From positions 1,550,001 to 1,614,000 of the forward strand of contig CP089277.1 in NCBI GenBank assembly GCA_023920165.1: a stretch of DNA of 64,000 bases, given 5' to 3'. Under the pieces are notes generated by a model. The model did not search any database, was not told the origin of the DNA, and worked only from the letters and a program-made list of their open reading frames with translations. How positions within the stretch are numbered: the stretch's first letter is position 1; each line of letters begins with the position of its first letter. The position numbers and the translations under genes were made by a program. Positions 48,688 to 61,335 of the stretch are shown here, one piece after another. Source of the stretch: Curvularia clavata (Eukaryota).

Positions 48688-51152
48688 ATGCGCTCCCTCT
48701 CCGAAGCAGAGTATGCCCAATGCGTCTCCCACTTCACCACGCTCCCATTCTGACCATGACGTAGGAAGCACTGGCAGCTGCTCGACGACTTCCACTCGTT
48801 GACCGATCTCAAGATTCATGTCTCTTCCCACAAGGAGCCCCAAATCACGGCCGGACTTCGCTCCGTCTGTTGGAAAGTGCGATGCACCGCTTTCCCCCTC
48901 CTCTTCTCCTACCATTGCTCACCCCCACGACTAGATCTTTCTCGTCTTCAAGACGCTCGATCGTTCGTCATGGCCCACACACCTCAGCCAGGCGCGCAAA
49001 ACATACGAGTCGCTCCGCTCCCACTACCTCCGCGCCATACAGAACCCAAATGAGTTCGAGTCTACCGTCGATCCCCTGAGCGAGCTATCAGAGGTGCGTG
49101 TGCCTTGCCACCCGGTCATGCGCCGAAACATACCGCTTATTGACAAGTGCTAAGCCTTAAAAAGTCCCCGTGGGTAGCCCTGCGAGCTGACGAGGAGCTC
49201 CGCGCCGAAATCTTCCAAGACATTGAACGATGCATGCCAGACAATGTCTACTTCCGCCAGCCCGCCACCCAGAACATGATGCTCGACATACTGTTTGTCT
49301 GGTGCAAGATGCACCCCAACATTGGCTACCGCCAGGGCATGCACGAGATACTGGCCCCCGTGCTGTGGGTCGTCGAACGAGATGCCATTGAGCTTGCACA
49401 GCAGAAACTCGGTGCTAAAGACCGTACCCTCGCAGACATGCTAGACTCTGCCTACATCGAGCATGACACGCACATGCTCTTTTCCGTCATCATGCAGACT
49501 GCAAAGTCCTTCTATGCGCCAGCTGAGACGGGCTCTACCGCAAAAAACACTCCAATGCTTGCCCGCAGCTCGAGAATCTTCGAAGACTACCTGGCAAGAG
49601 TCGATCCAGGGCTGCATGGCCATCTTGTCAAGCTTGATATTGTTCCCCAAATATTTTTGCTGTAAGCCGCTGATTGTGCTACAAGTGATCCTCGACTAAC
49701 ACGAGCAGCCGCTGGATACGTCTTTTGTTTGGAAGAGAGTTCTCTCTCGACGCCGTCTTTGACATGTGGGACGCTTTGTTTGCAATAGACTCGACGCTAG
49801 AATTGGTCGACATGATTTCCATAGCTATGCTACTGCGCATCCGGTGGGAGCTGATCGCCGCAGATACCAATGAGGCCTTTGCCTTCCTGCTCAGATACCC
49901 GGAGCCCGCTACTCCACCCTACACTTTCATCAAAGATGCTTTGTATCTTCGCGATCATCTGACTCGGCAGGGTGGTGCAGAGATCATCACAAGATATGGC
50001 AAGAAAGCACCTGCTGTTGAGTCCGAGAATACACCCAGTATTCGTGATGCTTCGCCATCCCCATCATTCGCCTCAAGTCGGACACGAAACAGCCTGGGAT
50101 CCCCAAGAGGCTTTGCAACACCGGGCGCAGGCATTGAGGCTTTGATCCAGGGCGCCGCCAAGAACGTGTTAGACCGTGGATCGCAATGGAATGTGGGCAA
50201 GGCTCTACGTGATGCTGTGGGAGAAGTAAAGAAGAATGTCGAAGCTTATCAGTCGGGTGGAAGCTCAGGGTATGCAACGCCACGATCCGGTGGAAGGGAA
50301 TTCCGGAAGCCTGCTGCGGCTGCGAACGGACGCCCAAGTCTTGAACGAGTTCATTCGGCAAAAACAGCTAGTAAAATTGAAGAACTCGACCGGAGGAACA
50401 AGAGTCTGGCCAAAATGTTGGAAGCTGCAATTGGCGACTTATGGGAACACCACAGAGAACGCGATGAGGCTCAAAGATCCAAGGAAGAGGACATCAAAGG
50501 TAAGGAGGCCAATGAAGCCCTCAGTCTTGCCATCGCAAAGGTGCAGTTTGTGCAAATCTACCTCGAGGATTCATCGATACCATTGCCTGTCGATGAAGTC
50601 ACCGAGCAGGCTTCGACAGCACAGGCTACAGCAACCCTAGCTTCTCCGGTTTCTCAGCCCGAAGCGCAACCAGAACGGACTCCTAGTACCCGACCCATCT
50701 CTTCAACAGCAAGTCCACGGCCTACGACACCTTTGACAGCGGTATCAAACAATCCCACACCACTCGCCTCACGCCCGGCATCACCACCTGCTAGCTCATT
50801 GTCCCCACCGTCCAAACTCGCTCCATCTCTATCCCCAAGGTCACGGCCGCATCTCACCTCGTCCAGCTTTTCGTGGATGCTTGGCGAAGACTCGGCGTCT
50901 TCCAACTTTGCTTCTGGCACCGCACACTCTACGTTTTCATCTGACGAGAAGAGAAGGATGAAGGGTAAAGGGTTCCTGTTTGGCGACGATGATGACGATG
51001 ACAGCACTACCAAGGACGCGAAGAGGGGGAGTGTCAGCAGTAGGAGTGGCGCAAAGGGTGCCAAGAATGCAAAAGGAAAACATGTACCCGAGCCCGAGGT
51101 GGAAGAGGAAGTAATCGATCTCGCAAACATGGGCAAGAGAGGTGTAGTCTGA
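48688..51152 (+). CDS. TBC-domain Rab GTPase-activating protein (TBC1D5/Gyp6-like)
   Basis: LRSVCWK, IFQDIERC (R finger), GYRQGMHE (Q finger), RWIRLLFGREF. Introns 48711-48764, 48877-48934, 49094-49164 and 49662-49708. Confidence 0.9.
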
Positions 51153-51957
51153 TGTCACTGGCCTTCCGAGCATCAACGTAAGGAGTAGGGATCTCTGAAG
51201 GCGTTGCAGGAAGCTACAGTAGGTAGCACGACGTCGGCCTGCCTAGTCCGAGGGCGCGGCCAAGGACCCCACGTAAGATGGCCACTGTGCCTTTTACACG
51301 ACACGGCCCAATGAGTACGTGGAGAGTGGGTGAATGCATCCAACCGAAGAGGGGGAGCATCCCTCGGACGTGCAATGACGAACTCTGGTCCAGATACAAT
51401 TCATCATTTGCCGCTTACGTGCTCATGAGCATTCCAACCACTTGGCAACCCGATCTTGTAACTTCTTTTAGGCAGCTTACAATATGCTCTATACTAGCCG
51501 TCTCACGCGCGCACCGTATACTCATACAACCATACGGCAAGCCATGGTGTGGGTTGTCCCCACGCCCCGACCGCCACGCAACTTGCTCAAACAAGGTTTG
51601 GTGCAGCCGCCCATGTCTCACCACGCCGCTGGATTCGCCACTCTAAACATTCCACCTTGCACGGCCTTTGCGATGATTAGTTGGGCACCAGGCCCGACCC
51701 GCCTTTATGAACAAGCTCGGGAAACAGCCCGCGCTCTAGTCTGCGCTCTAGTGCAGGGTACACTGGCAAGTGCGGCTATTGGCGTCACAGCGGCCGCCCA
51801 AAACAGTTGGTCACCGGTCATATCTGAGTAGATAAAAGGCTGCCCCGCTTCTGCCCCTCCATCTACTTCTCTTTTACCTCCAGCAACGTTCAAAGCAACA
51901 AATCACACTACCTTTTTCTACCACTACCAAACTACCACGCTTTATCCACTCATCAAA

Positions 51958-52129
51958 ATGAAGGGAGGCTGCGGAAACGCTGGATGCACTTGCGCCGACT
52001 GCGGCTGCGCTCAGGGTGCTTGCACTTGCGGCAAATGTATGTTTTGATCCATCGAGCTTGGATGGACTACATGCCAGCTTGGCCTAGATGCTCTCTTTGG
52101 AACAGACTGTGTGCTGACAGACTGTAGAA
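51958..52129 (+). CDS. Small fungal metallothionein (26 aa, 7 Cys)
   Basis: MKGGCGNAGCTCADCGCAQGACTCGK. Start context CAAAATG; TATA-like GATAAAA at 51831. Intron 52037-52127 (GTATGT...GCTGAC...TAG) splits the stop codon T|AA. Confidence 0.88.
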
Positions 52130-52801
52130 ACTCTCATACGCGACTACCACCATGCGACAAGATAACATCGTTCGACCGGCTTGTCCTTAACACGATATAC
52201 TCGACTATTGTCTCACAACTCGAGCGATCGTAGCATTGAGCGCAAGCTCGATGATTTGGACACATCAGCATGGGGGAGCAATACGAGCAGTAAATATAGA
52301 AACAATGGAATAACATAACCGATTACATTTCATACTGTTTTCCCGGTAGTGAATAATATGCCTAGGTCCCAAACTTGTTTTTTCGGAGTGACCTATAGCG
52401 ATATGCGGCAAGTTATGATACGAGGCTGTAAAACGGCAAAACATGGGCGTGGGTCCTCTGTATGTGCGACTTAAAGACGTGTCCTAGACGATGCTTACAC
52501 CTGTGGGCCCTAAACAAACTCTATTGAACAAGGTCATGAGTCTGTTACTTCGAGCCTTTTCATTTCCCATGTATCTGGCCATGAGAGACAGCATGTAAAA
52601 AGAGCCGCCGTAACCGTTGCTAACCACCGCCTCATCCGCACGTCACTTGCGCCTTCCACTCTCTAGCAACGAGACTAGCGCGTACTGCATCTCGGAACGA
52701 TTCCGAACAACATTCCTCGCGACTATCACTTACTCAACTACGCTTCTCGACCTTGCCAATCCCAATCCCAAATTCAATGAAAAACAAACCAGAATAAAAA
52801 C

Positions 52802-54266
52802 ATGACAACCATATCCTCGCCATCCCCTCCTCCAGAAACCGCAATCATTGAACGGCCCACCCTTGCATCCTCCTTCCTCACAGATGAGGACTTGGATGGT
52901 ATCCTCCCTCGCGTCATCTCATCAAACGACAATCAACACATTCCAAATAAAACCGAATACCTAACCACTGGCCTTAAAAGTCTGGATAAAGCGGCGTTAG
53001 ATGGGGGCTTGGAGCCCCGATGCGTGGTGGAAATTGTTGGGGCGGGTGTGGGTGGGGGTTTGAGTGAGGTACGTCTATCCATCTCAATAACAACCCCAAA
53101 TTACTTATGTTGAGAACTTTGGAGCCGGTCGAAATGGGGGCTAATGCAAAGGCAGATTTACAAAGCCTTACTTGTTAATTTTTTGATAGAATCCCACGGC
53201 CAGGCGGCAGTCGTGGATACGACGGGGAATTTCGATGTCCTTGGGTTGTATGCGTTACTGGTGGCGAGGTTGAAGGGGTTGGAGAAAGGAGAGGTGGAGG
53301 CAATGGCAGCAAAGATGCTGGACAGGGTCAAGATTATGCGGGTTTTTGACTTTGAGGGGGTAAAGGAGGCGGTGAGGGAGATTGTGATGGAAGTTGAGGG
53401 GCAGAGTAGGAAGAAGATAGAGGAGAAGAAGGAAAGAGATGAATTAAGGGTTGTGGAAGAGGCACCCGCGGCTGGAAAAGAAGAAAAGCCAAAGAGGACA
53501 TATGTGGCGGATAGCGAGGACGAGGATGATGAAGAGGAAGAGATGCTGTTTGAGTCGGAGACGAAAGACATTTCAGAAAAGGACACGACGGCAATGGAGA
53601 AACAAACACAGTCTGTACCATCGGGTATGCAGACAGAAGCCATAACCGAAATCGACACTCCGAGTGCGCTCAAGTTCATCCTCGTCGACAACCTCACACA
53701 AGTCGTCAGCCCCTTGCTGAAAAATGACTTGACACTAGGTTCGCTTCCTCTACCCTCACTCACGCACTCCAAACCAAGCAATCGAAACTCTCCAAAGATT
53801 AAGAAAATAGAAGAAAAGGCTAATCTACCCAACAGGAACACTCCAAACCACAAGCCTCCTATCCAGCCTCCTGACCGTCACCCGCACCCGCGCCCTCCAC
53901 ACCATCCTCATTACACCTACCGCTCCACCGCATCCCGCATCCTCCACTCGCCCTGTCCCAGCCACCGAAACCCCACAGCAAGAGAAAGAAATCCCTCCCT
54001 CTCTGTCCATTTTCTCGAGTAACAAAGCAGTCGGCATGCCTGCTCTGTCGGCGCAAATCGGCCTCTTCGTCGACGTGCAGCTCATGGTGAGTCGGGTTCC
54101 CAAACGACGGGGGGATGCAAGGCTTTATTACAGTGATGAGAGTGGAACGGGAAGGAGGAGGGGGGAGGTAGTCGGTGTGTTGGAGGTAGTCAAGGATCGA
54201 TTCGGGACTAGGACGGGGGCGTGGGGGGTATTTGGGGAGAGAGACGGTGGGATATACGAGGTATAA
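52802..54266 (+). CDS. Divergent RecA/Rad51-paralog-like protein
   Basis: LTTGLKSLD...GGLE...VVEIVG, VVDTTGNFD, RVKIMRVFD, Walker-B-like FILVDNL, EVVKDRFG. Introns 53069-53155 and 53739-53835. Confidence 0.75.
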
Positions 54267-54327
54267 GTGACATGATTGTTCGAGCAGCTTTTTCTTATTC
54301 GAGAGTGAAGGGATGGAGAATGCGGTA

Positions 54328-55990
54328 TTACTCAAGATGCCAGTCGTCGTCTCCCGCGTTTTTGATCCAGCCTTTCAATACAGTTTTGGCGTGGTTTTTT
54401 ACTCTCCGTCTCGCCTCGAGCATCTCGCTGTGCTTCATCTCATCGTACGTGCTCTTCTTACTTCCTAATAGCGTCACGGCGGCGGCGGTAGCACTTACCA
54501 AGCCCGCAACCCTCACCCTCTCCATCAACAACCCACCCACCCTCACCCCTTCCCCCCACAAACCCCTCCTAGAAATCCGACTCGCCCCCCGCGGATCCAT
54601 CTGCTTCCTCCCCTGCAACACGCCCCCGATCAGCGTCTCCTGCCAGTGCGGCGTCCACACCGCCGAGATATTACTCGGCAGCGCCTTTTCCCCCTCCCCC
54701 AACTTCCGCCTGCACCAGTCAAACTCTCTACTCGTAGGCTTCACTTCGAAAGGGCGGAACGAGTAGCCAGATGCCCATCTGTCTGTGGATAGGTTCTTGA
54801 GACGTCCAGCAGGGGAGAAGGCTCGAGAGATGGCGGAAGGGATGTATTGGCTGTTGGGTAGGATGAGGGTGGTTAGGTAGGCGTTTTCAGGGCTGATGAG
54901 CAGGGAGACGCTCGAGCTGAGAAGTGAAGTACATTGTTTGAGGGTGAGTTTGTCGGTGCAGGATTTGCTGAGGGTTGGGGGTGCGTCGGGGCGCGAGGGT
55001 TTGGCGCGGACGACGCCGAGGTGGGAGAAGTTGGAGCGGCCGCGGAGGGCGCTGGGTTCGGTGATGGATGGGGAGTCTTCAGAGGTTGGAGATGGTGACG
55101 CTAAGGCGGCGGCGGCGGCTTCGAGGTTTTGTTGAGTCTGGGATGGCAATGCTAAGGTCGCTTCTTGGAGGGTTGGCGGTGCGCTGGTCCAGGGCGTCGC
55201 ATCGGCTTGCATGGCCATGGTGAGCTCCATGCTGGCGTCGCCGCAGGGCGCTTCAGAACAGTACATGTGGATGAGGACATCGTCACGGATAGTGAATTGC
55301 TGTAGCGTGGACTCTTCAGCTCCTCGAGACTGAATAAAGTCGGACGTGGGATACGGCGACGAAGAGATACGAGCACATTCGTCGAGGAGATAGCGATTAA
55401 ATGCTCTGATGGCAATGACCTCGGCATGCCAGTCGTGGAGAATGTTTCCCTTTGCAAGCGGCAGTTTGTTGGAGGGGAGACATTTCATGCCCGTTCTACG
55501 AATGTCAGTACACTATTCTATGCTCACCTTCTCGCTACCACTGCGAGATGGGGCTGGATATGGCAGTATTGTCATGCATTATTCGTGTATCCCTCTGGAC
55601 CGATCCTACAGCGCACCGCATGCGGCGCTGTACCACCGAAGGGTATAGCCTGTTCGGGTATACTACTTGATGCATGCGGCTTACGACTCCACGATACCAT
55701 ACCCCATTTTACCTACGTTCGCCTCCGCAAATGGCGCAAGGGAGTATTGAAGGAATATTCGCTCACCCTAATGCTACACACGACAGCCTACCGCCTTTGC
55801 TAGTTCATGGGCATAAGCAAGTATAGCTGCATGCGTGTGCTAGTGAGCGATTACCTTTAGATAAGACGATCCCGGCCAGGGGAACCCATTCTCGCGCGCC
55901 AGGACTGCGGGGTCGAGGCTTTCTTTTTTCAGGCAGGCTGTCAAAAGCTTCAAGCACACAGTCGGCAATGGTGTCTGGATCGGGTGCCAT
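54328..55990 (-). CDS. TAD1: tRNA-specific adenosine deaminase Tad1 (A37 of tRNA-Ala)
   Basis: EWVPLAGIV|GRLSCVALG|TGMKCLP, LHDWHAE, EAPCGDAS, SKSCTDKL. Introns 55854-55795 and 55766-55496. Confidence 0.92.
55496..55766 (-). ncRNA. Structured RNA in TAD1 intron 2 (candidate H/ACA snoRNA)
   Basis: 271-nt intron with hairpin - ACAATA (ANANNA) - hairpin - ACA layout. No target verified. Confidence 0.35.
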
Positions 55991-56244
55991 GGTCGTCTGA
56001 TGTGGTCGTCTGCAGTGAAAGAAAGACGACGGTGCCGACGTGGGGGAGGCGCGGAGTTATGGCTCGGAGAAAGCTGAAACGGGAACGCCGTTGATTGCTC
56101 TGGCGCTGGCAGCGTTGCAAAGCCATCACTCCTGCTACCTGACGACAAAAGAACCCTGTCACACGCGCAAGACGACTAAGACGTTTCTTACGGCCTCCCC
56201 CTCCTGCGCCATTCTCCGGCTCCGTTTCTCTTCTTCTCTTCAAC

Positions 56245-57481
56245 ATGCAAGCGTTTGGTGAGCAATGGCTATGCGCCGCAAAGTCGCATTCGCGGCTCAG
56301 ACACTCACGATTCCAGTGCCAAAGAACCGACGAGTAAGACAAAGTTTGTATATACGCGTTGCAAGGACTGACAAATTGTACAGCCAAAGTTCGACCTGCA
56401 TCTGAGAGTACGCTGCCCGTCGCATCCTTATCGCTATGCCCCTGACATCAGCAGATCATCGACCTCAACAACGTCCCGCTTGTATCTGGTACCTCTTTCG
56501 TGAAATGGCACCTCTCCCACTCAACAGCCGCCGAGCATCGCGGCCGTACAGACAACTGCCAAGTAAAGGACCATAAAGTTGGCTACGACTACGAGGCCGT
56601 GCTCCCAGTCCGGCTTACTGTAGACAAGAATGGCATGCTGCAGGAATGCGGCATCGAGTTTGAGGTTGTACAAGAATATGGTACAGGGAAAGGCGAGAAA
56701 ATAACCCTGGGCACTGTCAAGCTCAATTTGGCAGAGTATGTGGAGCAGAGCGAGATGGCCACGGCTCCGGGCGAAGATCCAGGTGTTACCAGGCGGTATC
56801 TTATGCAGGACAGCAAGATCAACAGCACGCTCAAGATTGGCATATACATGAGACAGACCGAGGGAGACAAGAACTTTATTGCTCCGGCGTTGAGGACGGC
56901 TCAGGTCTTCAGCGGCATCGCAGGTATCATGGCCGGAGAGCAGGCCGAGCTCGAAGATCAGGGAGGCAAGTCAATTTTGTTTTTGCTCATTGACACCGCT
57001 GACCACCACAGTGTCACACTCGTTAATGACGAACAAGTCGCGCGAAGTCGGTGAGCTACAAGACATGTACCGGCGCACGCTCGCCGCGTACTGGTCGGCC
57101 CAGCCTGGTGAGCTCAAAGCAGACGAGTGCATAGAGGATATATTTGCGGGTGGGGATGGCTGGGGTGATCGTGAAAAGTCTTACCCGCAGCAAATGCGCT
57201 CTCAGCAGTCGTTACGTTTTGCTGGCGACAGCAGCGGATCTGTCAGCGAAAACGAATCTAGGCATATGCATGGTAGCAGCATCAGTCGCAAGTCGCATGA
57301 AACACTGCGCCCAGGCGACATGAAACCAATCCGTTCTCCACATGTACGAGGTCGGGAAAGCCTGGAACAGCGGGCATCCCACATGAAGGCTGAAGCAGCG
57401 CGGCAACGGCAGAGGCCGGTTCAAGAGGTAAACGAGTTTGACTTGCGAGAAGACTTGATTAGTTGGCATCGACCAACGTGA
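56245..57481 (+). CDS. NT-C2 (EEIG1/EHBP1 N-terminal C2) domain protein
   Basis: MQAFVPKNRRPKFDLHLRIIDLNNVPLVSG is built from micro-exons; LGTVKLNLAEY, RRYLMQDSKINSTLKI. Introns 56258-56316, 56334-56383, 56408-56454 and 56966-57011 (GC-AG). Confidence 0.9.
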
Positions 57482-57730
57482 TGCGGAGTCTGAAAAGCAT
57501 AAGCAATATAGGATTAATGACAGAATTCATCATTTGCTCTTTTTAGTCAATGCACTGTTCTTTTGGAATGAATGACATGTGATTGTACTGTAACCAACTA
57601 TGACGCGCCTTGCACGTGGAAGCGCGACGGCAGAATTAGGCGGTCACTAAAGTCGAGGGACGACGCATCGCACTTTGCGCACCAGACGCTGCATTCAGCA
57701 TTGAACGTCAGCCCCGCTCCGTCCTCCTTC

Positions 57731-60528
57731 ATGCTTGCGTCCCGCGCTCCCAGTGCATTTGTATGCCTCCGATGTGAAGCACAAATTGCCCGCCGACGAC
57801 TTCCTGTTGTTCCCAGCCGAGTTGCTCGCGCCAACTTTTCCACCTCTGCACGCCTCCGCGAAGATGGATCGGAGAATAAAGATGCTCTTTCCGAGTTGGA
57901 CCGCCAAGATTTAAAGATCACAAGGGTAGTTCAGCCATTGAATCGAGTCAAAAGAAGAAAGGGCAAGATTATCAAAGAGACATCCGCAAGTCTGGGTGGG
58001 ATAAAACAGCTCGGTGATAATGCCGATATACTGGTGCTGAGGGAAATCGAAGTCGCAAACGAGGAGAGTCACGCACAGAAACCTGAGATAGTCGAGCCTG
58101 CTAGACCGGTCGAAGTCCCGGATATCTTTGCCTCGCTGCAACAGGAGGGCAAGGCTATTACGCCTGAGGAAATATACCAGCAGATTGGCAGTCTGCGCCC
58201 AAAGAACGATGGAGATCCGAACGAGCCACAATACGTCGCGCAGACTACCTTTGTGAAACTGAAAAATCTGCTCATGAATGGATTCACCCAGCAGCAGTTG
58301 ATGACGTTCTACTCTGTCGCGAAGAACATCAAACGAGGACAGGTCAACAAAGGTGTTATCGATAGCCTGAAGCGAGAAGAAGATAATCCCAAGCGTCCGG
58401 TGGAGCGCTCAGAGTGGCAGCCGGGTACCACGAGCATCACAAAACGTCTCCCTGGAGTCGACCGCCATGTCAAAGTCATGGGTTGGCGCAAGAACGTCAG
58501 CAAACAGTTGCTTGTTGACCGCATCCTCCGCGACCAGTGGAATCTTGTCCTTTTGGAGGAAATCGAGGCCCCTGGAGAGCTTGAACTGTTTCTGAAGCCG
58601 TGGCAGATGACGCTGCTCACTGTTGGAGGTGGGTATTGACTTCTATCTGGATGAAGGAGTCTCACTAATTCTCATTACAGAACGCAGTGTACTCGAAGAT
58701 ATTCGACTTATGCGGAAAGTCAAGCTTCAGATATATAAGGCGCATGATATCGTCCGCATTACCGCCGACAAGAGTACCGCAGAATATGCCGCCAACGACA
58801 TCGAGGAGGCTTTGCAACACACCGAGACAAAACGGATGAACCTGAAGAATTACATGCACCTGCTAGAAGACGGCGTGATATCAAAGGACCAAAACTTGGA
58901 TCTGACTGCCCTCTATCTACAGAAAGACCTAGACGTCGTCTCAGCACTGACTAAGACGAGTATCACGGCCACTTCAAGACATATTGTAAGTGCACGTTGG
59001 AATTTGTGAAAGGGCATCACTGATTTGGTAGTTTACGATTAGAGGCTTCAGTAATGCAGCTGTTGAAGAGGCAAAGCGGTCCCTGGTCAACTTCTTACCG
59101 CTTAAGGATGCCATCACTCGCACTCTGGATACCGTGGACCTGAGCTCTAAGGGTGTTTCCGTCTATCCAGCACCAGTATATGTAGAGAAAAGCTCTTTGG
59201 AATACCAGGTTCGCAATGCCGCACTGGGACGCTTGTCGATGCCGCACCCACGAATGACCGTGGCCGAATCGGCAGATGTTGCGCAGGATTCTGCTGTGAT
59301 ACCTACTTCCTCCAATGCAGCACTTCAAGACCTGGTGGGCCGGACAGCAGCTATTCTCGTCCAGAATGTTCAGGAATTCCCTCAAATGGAAGACCAGGGC
59401 ATTTGGGTACCTGAACCGCAACACAAACTGGCCGCCAAATTTGGACAAGCGCTGCTTCCTCTTGACCGTGCTGGTGCTGAAGAAGCAGACGCCAATGCAT
59501 CTGGACAACTCTCGCAGAATACCTTCGTTTCTAGTTTGCCTGGACTCTTTAGTGTTCTTGCGTCAACGGACCTCTCCGTTTCGACGCGCCTGATCCCACC
59601 AGTTCTAAACTACCACTTCCGGCCTGATCCTGAGCAGACTGGCTTCGATGCCAGTCAGCTATTTCCTACCTTCAAAATCAGGATGATGACGGATCGTCAA
59701 GGCGCCAAAGCTTACTTTCGCAAAGCAAGCATCAGGTTCTGGCAGCACGCTCACACCGTGTCACTTCCCAACAAAGCAGCGGATCTCCAATTTTACAGCT
59801 ACGGAGGTTTGAGATTGCAAAAAGATCACAACGACGCCAACATCCAGAAATGGATCGGTGCTGCTGTCAAGAGCATTGTCAGTGGAGGACGGATTGTTGC
59901 GCCGCCACTGAGTATCGACATTCCCAAATGGACTATCCCTGGGTTCTCGAGGGATGAAAAGGGTATGGCTACCGTGAGGTACCACTTCTCCGGTGTTGAG
60001 TTCCGACAAACCCTATCGGGGACTATGTTGGGTGAAAGAATCTCATACAGCACTATGCAGTCGGGCAAACTCAATGCGAAAGGTGGTGAGCTATTGGCAT
60101 ATTACAATGGTGAAAGTATACACGACGAGGTTGCTATCAAGTCATTTGTCGAGAGATGCCACGGCATTGTCGATCTCATCACCAGCGCGAGTGCGCAGAA
60201 GTCCTCATTATCGAGGCAGATACGTGTGAGAGATATTGGAAGCGCGCGAAAAGCCAAGAGATCTGAGATGGCGAACAAAACATCGGACGTAGTGGATGAA
60301 GTGAGTGGAGAGCCGTCAGAGGATCTGCAGGAGCATGTTGCAAGTGATCCCAGCGTACAGGAACATGTAGTGATGGAAGAACCAAGTATCACAGAGGCTG
60401 GGATCAGGGAAGATGAGTCCGTTGCAGCAGCGGACCAGTATGGAAACGATACCCTGACGTCGCGTCGGCTATTCACTGGGCCAGAGGACGAAGGAGATTT
60501 TGCAGACTCTTCGCCTAAGAACGCATAG
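57731..60528 (+). CDS. Mitochondrial inner-membrane-bound regulator, Sls1-like
   Basis: Mitochondrial presequence MLASRAPSAFVCLRC...RANFSTSARLR; L.NGFT.QQL..F, SEWQPG, K..LVDRILRDQW. Introns 58629-58680 and 58986-59031. Confidence 0.7.
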
Positions 60529-61335
60529 TGTGGTACATTGTAATAGTAAAGCATCACTTCACTCAATTCTTGCTTCTGTGTTATGTCTCCTTTGAATGAA
60601 GAAGCGTGATACTCAAGGCAAATAATTTGTAACAGTACAACAGTGTGCTATAGTGAATTATTGTACCTCTTATCATGTGCAACACATTTATACAATTGTC
60701 AAAGCAGAGCCACTGTTGTTCTCTTCTTCAAAACCGTCATCTCTCATTCACTCGTCAGTGAAACGACAGACAAAACCTCACAGCACAGGCAGACACAATC
60801 AAGTAAGCGATATTGTTTCTATTTCATTCCCGCGTCTTCATGTCCTCGCTTGTCTCGTCCCGGACACATAGCTAGCAGTGGGTAAAGGTGATAATACATT
60901 GAGAAGAGAAGTGAAAGAAAAAGCCCTGATTATAAACACACCAAAAAAAAACTCCTTGTTATATGCAGATGATCGTACCCTAGACTTCTTTTTTTTCTCC
61001 GCTCTGTTTTTGTTTTTCGTTTACTCGCTCGGACAAAGTCTGCGGGTTTCCTTTCAGGGTATCGTGAATACACGTGCTTTGTCAAGATATGGTAAGAAAT
61101 AGAGGAAGAAAAACCCAGGCACGGCGCAGGAAGGAAGCTGGAAGGGGACGCCTCGCAATGCACCTTTCTGCCTGCAATTCCTCAAACCCCCAAGAACATG
61201 TGAAAAACCGGAGTGTGAAAAGTACAAAGTTGTTTCGGTCGGAGCCCCATTATTGCTGCCACTGACGTTGGTGCTGATATTTTTGCCACTTTTGCGTTCC
61301 CCTATTCAAAGACCCGGTTGCTGATGGAAGAGAAC

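Noticed and set aside
55590..55645. tRNA-like D-arm (GGTGGTACAGCGC) inside TAD1 intron 2
   Set aside because: The D stem does not pair, and there is no TTCG T-loop or acceptor stem; not a tRNA.
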